Shown here: one piece after another, positions 55,179 to 64,000 of the stretch
How the letters are laid out: every line of letters begins with the position of its first letter
Position numbering within the stretch: position 1 is the first letter of the stretch
Assembly: GCF_006345805.1 (NCBI RefSeq)
Contig: NC_043005.1
Location: 37,510,001 to 37,574,000, forward strand
Origin: Octopus sinensis
Taxonomy: Eukaryota
Length of the DNA: 64,000 bases
Reading direction: 5' to 3'
Notes under the pieces: model-generated
Seen by the model: only the letters and a program-made list of their open reading frames with translations
Told to the model about the DNA's origin: nothing
Database searches by the model: none
Program-made: the position numbers and the translations under genes

Positions 55179-55690
55179 ATAATTGTCACTAAATATGACT
55201 AAGGTGTTAGAAATACCTACATTGCTAGAAATAAGAGCTAAAATGCTATAATGCTGTAGTCAAATCACATAGTTGCATACATATATACTGACAAAGACTG
55301 TAATAATCCGAAAACACAGTTTGAGAATTCCTTATACTGGCAGTCAGTTTCAGCAATTTCCATTGCCTCATCAGTAAGGACTAGCTTGACTTGAGCAGAT
55401 TCTGGACTTAATTCTCTATCAGTATAAATGTCTTCATCATAGAAACCTGTGATACTAATGTGTATACAGAAAATTAATGAAGGCAGCACTTCGCAAAGTT
55501 TAACCAAAAAGGAAAACTATAATCATCACTAAATGTCACTCGGGACAGTTACCATTCCCGCCAATATATATGTATGCAATTGTGTGCTTTGACTACAGCA
55601 TTAGAGCATTTTAGCTCTTATCTCTAGCAATGTAGGTGCTTCTAACACCCTAGTCACATTTAGTGACGATTATAGTTTTCCTTTTTGGTA
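55178..55690 (-). mobile_element. ~340-bp terminally redundant hammerhead-bearing unit plus inverted partial copy (retrozyme-like or Penelope pseudo-LTR)
   Basis: 55178-55287 is inverted at 55564-55672 (~110 bp, about 85-90% alike by eye). The terminal motif TATAAT(T/C)(G/A)TCACTAAAT recurs in direct orientation at 55518. An HHR lies at 55329-55380. Confidence 0.6.
55329..55380 (-). ncRNA. Complete canonical type I hammerhead ribozyme
   Basis: Minus: TCCTTA-CTGATGA-GGCAAT-GGAA-ATTGCT-GAAA-CTG-ACTGC-CAG-TA-TAAGGA. All conserved core nucleotides present; stems I/II/III are 6/6/4 bp; GNRA loop II; GUA cleavage predicted between 55335 and 55334. Confidence 0.85.
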
Positions 55691-55789
55691 AAATATTTCA
55701 AACTGCAGTCCACATTAATTTATATATATGTAGGTATGTATGTGTATATATATATATATATATATATACATTCAAAATGTGACCGCATG

Positions 55790-55985
55790 TGGACTGTTGG
55801 CAATTTTTTTTTTCCTCCGTCTTCCCTTCTTTGGATCTTTCCCTTTCCTATGTTTCTGACGAAGAGCTCCGCTCAAAATGTTAAACTCTCCTTCTTTCCT
55901 TCTTTCCTGAGCGTCCAATAATACTATACTTGTTCCCCGTCCTCGCATTGTCGTGTTTTCTCTTTGTGTTTTCATGTTTGGATTA
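55790..55985 (+). mobile_element. Penelope-like terminal fragment with CpG-decayed minimal hammerhead (55852-55886)
   Basis: GTTT-CTGACGA-AGAG-CTCCG-CTC-AAAATGTT-AAAC; two CpG-type transitions away from GAAACGTT; homologous to 826-975. Confidence 0.6.
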
Positions 55986-55991
55986 ACTATA

Positions 55992-56037
<46 letters not shown>

Positions 56038-56600
56038 TATATGTATGTATGTATATGTATATATGTATGTATATATATGTATATATATATAATATATGTA
56101 TATATATATATATATATAAATGTAAGTGTATATATGTATATATGCTCCTTTAGTGAACCAGGCTACAAACCATGTAGTAAACCATTACATATAGAAAAAG
56201 TATCATCTATAGTCCTATGCAGTTAAAATCCAGTAAAATTATTTATTATATAGTAAAATAAGTAATTTTCCATGATGTTGCTGCAAAATAACTATAATCT
56301 TATAGCTATCAACTGGTGAAATAATATATTCATCTCGTACCTCCTGACTTTCTTTACATTCCATGTGTGTGTGTGTGAGCGTGAGTGTGCATGTGTATCC
56401 AGTGTAGGTAAAATGAACAAAAATGTATTTGATCCTGTGAGAAATAAATATCAATTTAACACACAAGTGAAAGAGCTAACGGTTTCATACTTTATGATAC
56501 TTTTAACTTGGCGATACATAGCATATTTAATAAACATGCCGAGTATCATAAAAGCATGAAACTATTAATAGCTCCTTCTGTTGTGCATTAAATTGATATG

Positions 56601-56635
<35 letters not shown>

Positions 56636-59244
56636 GCTTTATGATTTTACTCAGGCTTAGTGTTACTAGTAACCAGTTGTTAGAAGTTGATATACATATG
56701 ATTTAGTATAAAATATTAGGTGAGTTTAGAGAAAGATATTAATTATTGAATTGCAAGAGAATGGTAATTATATAATCATTTTCATTAGCTTACAGCTGTT
56801 TCAGCCATGAGAAGCTCTGTACTCAAAGCTGAATGCTTCTGCAATGTCATATAACTTTATTTTAATGGTTTTGTGGAAGCTACGATATGTTATTCAAGCA
56901 CTCGGCTCTCAAAGCTTCTCATAGTGGAAACAGGTGTAAGCTAATGACATTGACTACATAATTACCATTCTCTTGTCATTCACTAATTAATGTATGTATT
57001 AATAGATACACAAACACACACACACGTACACACATATATATACATATATCTAGTATATGTAAATTGCAGTATGTGTATATAATGACTAATGCATATATTT
57101 CTACAGTTCTCAACCGATTTTCTCTAAACTATACACACACATTAGTTATATCCCAAGGATGGTCATGTACTATAACATTTTGCCCAGAACGCCTGTGTAA
57201 ATGGATGTAAACTGACATAGTTTTTTTGTACGTAGGTCTTCCATACTTTTTTAATCTTTTTATAAAATTGAAAGGACTTTGTCTATTTATTTACTTCGAC
57301 TGTCCACTTGCACAGTGGCCCAATCAGGAAACAGGATTTGGAAGCTGTCATTTTGTTTTCCTGTAATTAAATGTTTATATTAATTTAAAAGATTTCGCGA
57401 AAAAATCCTGTTTAGCTGTTATTTTTAGCACAACACGTGTTATGTCTCCAGTAATTTTCTTTCATGTAAATATATGTTTATGGTAATTTAAAAGATTTTC
57501 CAAATTCGTTGTATGTACATAGTTTTTTTTTTGTATGTAGTGTCTTCCATACTTTTTAAATCTATATTGTCATATATTGGCATTAGAGAATATTTTTGAC
57601 AGTAATTAAATTAACTAGGAACACTGTACCCAATGAATATCCAATACCAATCATTCTTAATCTCCGTGTTTGAGCTGCATTAAACTTTGGCAAGCTTACC
57701 TTTACCTATTCTGAGTTACTTGAAAGGTGATGTTCCATTTCCTCTCTTCTATTTCTTAATACACTTGTTTACCTACCAATGCATTGTTTCACTTTAAGGA
57801 TGATTATTTACCCATCTATTATGATATTTTGGCTGTTGTCCATCGTTTCAAATACGTTTTAGCATTGAGGTTCTAGCCCTTTTTTAAACAATCACATATG
57901 ATTCGTCCCAAAGAATCAACCTTTAAATATATATGGTTTAAAACCCATAGCAATGGAAGTAGAGCCAGGTTTCCACAGTTCAATAATAGTGAGTAATACC
58001 AGTGTGTATCAAAGGGTTTGTTATAGAAGATGCTAGATTTCATTAGGTCCTCCTAAACTGTTATCATGCATGCCAGAAAATCTCTGATTTCTTCAAGGGA
58101 TCTACTAGATAATTTGTCCAAAATATTATAGTTTTCACCATCTAACCATCATTATTAACTTTCATTCTACACCCACAGTCTTTTAATAACAAAAACAGAA
58201 AAAAACAGAACTTGATATACATCATCATCATCATCATCATTGCTTTAATCTTTGCTATTCCATGTTTGCATGGGATGGACAGTTTTTTTCCAACCTTTAC
58301 CCATTTCCATGTAAGGTAATATGTCCCCAAGCCAGACATGTTTCCATGGATGATTGGAAAAGTAGAACATGATGGTATTGTTTGTTTACAACTATCACGT
58401 GATGCCTAGACAAGAAGACACACATGCCTGTACGCATAAATCTATGACATATAAAGTTATTTATAGTTTAATACTTCACTCTGCCTTGCCCCCTCTCTCC
58501 ACTTTCTTTCTCTCTCTCTCTCTCTCTCTCTTCCTCTCAGTTGTTCATAAAATTATTCAAATTGAAAATGTAGCTCATAGTGAAACTAAAATTATTCAAA
58601 ATAAAACCAGGACTGGTAGTGAATAAATATCACGAACAAACAAATAAAGACACAACTTCTTTTTAATCTTTTCACTCAAATCTTGGATATTCTATTCTAA
58701 ACAAATTCTCTGGAAAACAGGCCATGTATAAAAGAAGAGATTAGTAGCAGGCCAGAAAAAAACCAGTTCCACAGATAACTATCACACGTTTTTTGACAGC
58801 CATTATCAATGAGATGGAAAAGTCAAGCTTAGGGGCAACTTTTTTTTCTTTGTTCTATTTTTGAGAATGAGGTCTGTAGCTGATTCCATATATTAAAAAA
58901 TACTCACTGCATCATTTTTTTACATTGGTCTGTAATGGTAGTAGTAGTAGTAGTAGTAATGATGGCGATGACGATATTGTTTTCATAATAAAAATTATTA
59001 TTATTGTTGTTGTTGTTATTGTTATTATTATTATCATTAAGGTGGTGGACTGGCAGAATTGTTTGTACGACAAAATGTTTAGTGGTATTTCATCTGTATT
59101 TACATTCTGAGTTCAAATTCGGCCAAGGTCAACTTTGCCTTTCATCCTTTTGGGATCAATGAAATAAATATCAATTGAGCACTGGGGTCGATGTAATCAA
59201 CTAACACCCTGTCCCCAAATTTCAGGCCTAATAGAAAAGTTGTA

Positions 59245-59277
<33 letters not shown>

Positions 59278-59296
59278 CATCAGCATCATCATTATT

Positions 59297-59529
59297 AAGG
59301 TGGTGAGTTGGCAGAAGCGTTAGCACGCCGGGCGAAATGCTTTGCAGTATTTCGTCTGCCGTTACGTTGTGAGTTCAAATTCCGCCGAGGTCGACTTTGC
59401 CTTTCATCCTTTCGGGGTCGATAAATTAAGCACCAGTTACACACTGGGGTCGATGTAATCGACTTAATACCTATGACTGTCCTTGTTTGTCCCCTCTATG
59501 TTTAGCCTCTTGTGGGTAATAAAGAAATA
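59297..59529 (+). mobile_element. Young full-length tRNA-head SINE, flanked by older copies of the same family (59040-59830)
   Basis: AAGGTGGTGAGTTGGCAGAAGCGTTAGC (A-box-like), GAGTTCAAATTCC (B-box), central CTTTCATCCTTTCGGGGTCGATAAATTAAG; many CpGs retained. Confidence 0.85.
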
Positions 59530-60397
59530 GGTATTTCGTCTGTCTTCACATTCTGAGTTCAAATTCCACCTAGGTCAACTTTACCTTTCATACTTTCGGA
59601 GTCAATAAATTAAATAGCAGTGAAACACTTGGGGTCGTTGTAATCAACTAGTCTCCTCCCCTATAATTTCAGGCATTGTGCCTATAGTAGAAAAGATTAT
59701 TATTATTATCATCATAGAAATTCTTCCAAGATTGACTTTGCCTTTCATCCTTTCAGGATAAAATAAGTACCAGCTGATTCATTCAACTTCCCCTTCCAAA
59801 AACTCGCTGGCCTTGTGTCAAATATCGAAACCATTATTATTATTGCTAAGGTGTTGGATTAGCAGAACTGATAAAGTAGTGAACATCATTATCATCATCA
59901 TTTAACATCTGCTTTCTATTGGCATAGATTGCATGGTTTGACAGGGAACTGGTGAGTTGCAGAGTGCATGAAGGTCCAATATCATTTATGGCTGGATGCC
60001 ATTCCTAATACCAGTCACTTTGCAGAGTAGTTTTTCTAGTTCTTAAAACCTTGAGTTCAAATCCTGCCTAGGTCACCTCTGTCTCTTTTTCTCCCTAGGG
60101 TCAGCAAAATACTTACCTGTCAAATACTGAGGTCAGTGTTGTCAGTGAAAAACCTTCCCTTTAGATTTTCTGGCCCTGTAATAAGAAATAAGAATCAATT
60201 TAAGGATAGTAGATTGACAGAATCTGCAGAGCATGGAACAAAATGCCTTGTAATATTTCTCTTGACTCTTTATGTTCTGAGTTCAAATCTCACTCAAGTA
60301 GACTTTGTTTTACATTTTTGATAAAATGAAGTACCAAATACTGGCAGATGGAGTGGGAAGATAACTGATATAAAGTAACCTCCCATCAAAATTGCTG

Positions 60398-61345
60398 ATC
60401 GTCATCGTTTAACATCCATTTTCCAGGCTGACATGAGTTGGATGGATTGACTGAGGTCTGTAAAGCCAGTGGCTGCACCAGACTACAGTCTGATCTGGCA
60501 ATGTTTCTACAACTGGATGTCCTTCCTAATGCCAACCACTCTGAGAGTGTAGTGGGCGCTTTTTACATGCCACCAGAACAGGATCCAGTTGGGTGACCCT
60601 GGCATTGATCATGTTTGGATAGTGCTTTTTACGTGTCACCGGCACAGGAGCCAGTTGGAGGGCACTGGCACTGACTACGTTCAGATAGTGTATTTTACAT
60701 GCCACCAGCATGGGAGCCAGTCAGAGGGCACTGGCCACAGCTACGATTTTAGTTTTATTTGACTCAACAGGTCTTCTCATGTATATCATAGTGCCTAATG
60801 CATCAAGGGTAGTCTTAAATGGGCCAGACCTGCCGCACTGGCATTGGCCATGGTTATGATCTCATTTTAGTGTCCAGGTCTTCTCAGTCATAGCATATCT
60901 CCAAAGGTCTCATTCTGTCATTGTCTCTGTGAGGCCCAACATTCACCACATCATCCCATGTCTTCTTAGGTTTACCTCTTCCACAGGTTCCTTCCAAAGT
61001 TAGTAGTACTTCCTCACACAGCTGGCCTCATCCATACATAACATGTGACCATACCGGTGCAGTTGTCTCTCTTGCACACCACATTGGATGCTTCTTATGT
61101 CCACTCTGTCGTGTATGCATACTGACATTACAGATCCAGCAGATCATACTAGCTTCATTTCTTTCAAGCCTATGCAGGTCCTCAGCAATCATGGCCCATG
61201 TTTCACTGTCATGTAGCATGGCAGTTCACACACATGCATCATACAGCCTACTTTTCATCATGAGTGAGAGGCCTTTAGTTGCCTGCGGAGGTAGGAGCTC
61301 TCTGAACTTTGCTAAGGCTATTCTTATTCTAGCCACTACACTATT
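60398..61345 (-). mobile_element. RTE LINE 3' part (ORF end, 3' UTR and tail)
   Basis: MLHDSETWAMIAEDLHRLERNEASMICWICNVS on minus; same family as 48566-49872; tail ...GGATGTTAAACGATGACG at ~60400. Confidence 0.85.
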
Positions 61346-61589
61346 GTATTTAAATTAGTTTCAAATTTTGGCACAAGGCCAGAAGATGTTGGGAAGGGAG
61401 TAAGTCAATTTCATTAAACCCAGTGCTCAACTGGTACTTATCTTATCGACCCTGAAAACACGAAGGGCTAAAGTTGAGCTCAGGAGCATTTGAACTCAGA
61501 CATAAGATGGATGAAAGGCAGCTAAGTACTTTGCCAGATATGATTTTGCCTTGCCTTGTGCTTAAATCAGAAACAATTATTAACAGAAG

Positions 61590-61835
61590 CATGGCCTCCG
61601 TGCCGTGGCACGTAAAAAGCACCATCCGATCGTGGCCGTTTGCCAGCTTCATCTGGCACATAAAAAGCACCCACTACACTCATGAAGTGGTTGGTGTTAG
61701 GAAGGGCATCCAGCCATAGAAACATTGCCAGATCAGACTGGGTCTGGTGCAGCCTTCTGGCTTCCTAGACCTCAGTTGAACCATCCAGCCTATGCCAGCA
61801 TGGAAAGCGGACGCTAAACGATGATGATGGTGATG
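61590..61835 (+). mobile_element. RTE LINE 3' UTR copy
   Basis: Homologous to 20826-21126. Confidence 0.8.
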
Positions 61836-63236
61836 ATGGCTTAATAGAATCATCACAGCATTGAAAAAATTGTGTCTTGTGGTATTTGTTTCAGCCCTTT
61901 ATTCTCTGTGTTCAAATCCCACCTAGGTTAACTTTATCTTTCATATTTCAAAATAAGGTAGCAGGCAACCAACATTTTTATCATATCATCACATCCCTTG
62001 GCAAAATACTGTTTTGTAGTTATACAACAATAATGACTGTTTAACAGTAATCAGCTTTGTTTGTTATTCTTTGGAATTAAATAAATTTCATAAAAAGTAT
62101 GTCTACTTGCTCTTCTGTGTCTCTTCTTCTTTCTAGCTTTGCTCTATTCATGCCACTGAGGTTGCAAAAATTATGTCGTTTTGCCTAAATCATCTTTTCC
62201 AGACGCAATGACTTATAAAAATTACTGTCACTGATATAATGGCATTGGATTATTCAGTACCGTTTCTCCTTATATTATTAGATTAGTGTCCACAATCATA
62301 ACTATCCTCATCAGTCATTGTGATCACCATCATCTTTATCAGCACCATTGTCATTGTCATCATCATCATCTTTAACATCAACTAAATCATTATTGTCCAT
62401 CTCCTCCGTTCCCTCATCATCAGCATCATCATTGTTGTCATCATCATCAACATCTCTATCATCATCCTTCTCCTTATTGTTATCACTGCTGTTGTTGTAA
62501 TCATCATCTCTGTGATTCCCTTCTTTTTTCTCGTTACCATCATCATAAGCACCGATATCATCATCATCATCATCGTCTCTCACTACAAGCAGCAGCAGCA
62601 GCATTGTTGTTATTGCCATCATCGTCATTAGCATCATCATCATCATTACCATCAATACCGCCATTCCCTTCCTCCTCTTCTTTCTCTGTCTCCTCCTCCT
62701 CATCATATGGGGTATAATTTTTGCTTATATCATTACCTTAAAGATATTCACTATCTCCTTTACATAACCACCTACACATTGGTCTACAACACAGGCCATA
62801 AGCAAAGTAGACTTTGGTTTGTGTTGATGTAAAAATTTATAACCTTAATAACAATGTCAGACTTCGGAGTTGTAAAAATTTGACAATATGTCATTGTGAA
62901 CAAAGATTGTAAAATACATGTTTTAGACCCACAGATAGGAGTCTTTCACCATTATCATTTAATACCTTAGAGAACTGCATGTGTAGCCATACATTATAAA
63001 CCTCTCTCTTAAATCTGTGCTGGTTTGCTTATATGAAACCTCATTATTAGTGCTAGAGTTATAAAAGATGGTGCAGCAGCTAGGAATTAGTAGAGCACTG
63101 TACTAAACAGCTGAGAGTATTGTTATTGTTGAGATACAGGATGGCTTGATCAAGCAGACTGATGGTCTGTAGCATTCAAGCTATGACTATCTAGATCTTT
63201 ATATTATTATACATATATTTATGTGTGCACATGTAT

Positions 63237-63280
<44 letters not shown>

Positions 63281-63346
63281 ATATATAATATATATATATG
63301 CATGCTTATATGTATGTGTGTGTATTTATATATATACATATATATA

Positions 63347-63436
<90 letters not shown>

Positions 63437-63510
63437 TATATATAAGAATTTTTTGCGTAATGATATAAAAACCAAGGCTGTGTAGATATTAGGACATTTA
63501 TAGATAGACG

Positions 63511-63558
63511 GTCTTACAGCTGTTTCCAAGATATTAATTATATCCCTTCACTGGAGAC
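63511..63558 (-). ncRNA. Hammerhead-like motif with variant core (CCAGUGA)
   Basis: Minus: GTCT-CCAGTGA-A-GGGATAT-AATTA-ATATCTT-G-GAAAC-AGCT-GTA-AGAC. All three helices form, but the CUGANGA box is altered. Confidence 0.4.
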
Positions 63559-64000
63559 GGTGTGAGAGGATGGTTAAGTAATAGTTAATTTAGATAGGAT
63601 ACAAAATAGAGAGTGAGATGGAGGAAAGAAACTAGATGTAAGATATGTAGGGATATTGAAGTTTTAGATCCATTTTTGGGGGCAGAATGGTATACATGTA
63701 AGATTCCAATACCTTATGAGTAAAATCCAACAGAATACACACACACACTCACTTATATGTACAGGTACATGTGTGAGTGATAAGAAGTTTGCTTCCCAAC
63801 CACATTGGTCTACGTTCAATCCCACAGTGTGGAACTTTGGGCATCTTCAACTATAACCCCGGGCTGACCAAAGCGTTGTCAGTAGAGTTGGTAAACGAAA
63901 ACTCAATGAAGCTCATCACATATATATGTATACATATAAATGTGTGTATGTTTAATGTATCTTTGCCTTGACATTGCATGATAGCTGCAAATGAGCGTCA

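Noticed and set aside
55265-55507. 80-aa minus-strand ORF (MVKLCEVL...TDEAMEIAETDCQYKEF)
   Set aside because: The sequence is better explained by the hammerhead fold it runs through; no recognisable protein family.
57050-57600. Possible Helitron/Helentron-type non-autonomous element with a duplicated ~40-bp block (near 57215 and 57515)
   Set aside because: Termini could not be defined from the sequence alone.
62311-62706. Acidic 131-aa minus-strand ORF
   Set aside because: Translation of a degenerate (CAT)n/(GAT)n tract; low complexity, no splice or homology support.

Overview
AT-rich eukaryotic DNA saturated with (TA)n/(CA)n/(ATT)n/(ATC)n microsatellites and short interspersed repeats. The repeat families (RTE LINEs with (GAT)n tails, several tRNA-head SINE families, Penelope-like termini) resemble those I associate with Octopus genomes; this is an inference, not a database result. 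Almost every ORF in the supplied track is a microsatellite or repeat artefact, and I cannot confidently call a host protein-coding gene (only weak candidate exons). Supportable features are transposon remnants: RTE and CR1-like LINE 3' ends, mariner/Tc1 fragments, an internally deleted Helitron with a canonical 3' end, a two-LTR remnant, a TIR element and many SINEs. The most striking signal is a set of about ten hammerhead-ribozyme (HHR) motifs from several families. One (55329-55380, minus) is a complete type I hammerhead with all conserved core nucleotides. It sits in a ~340-bp terminally redundant, circularly permuted unit with an adjacent inverted copy, resembling a retrozyme or a Penelope pseudo-LTR. 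Two more near-intact HHRs lie at 43126-43171 and 8117-8170.
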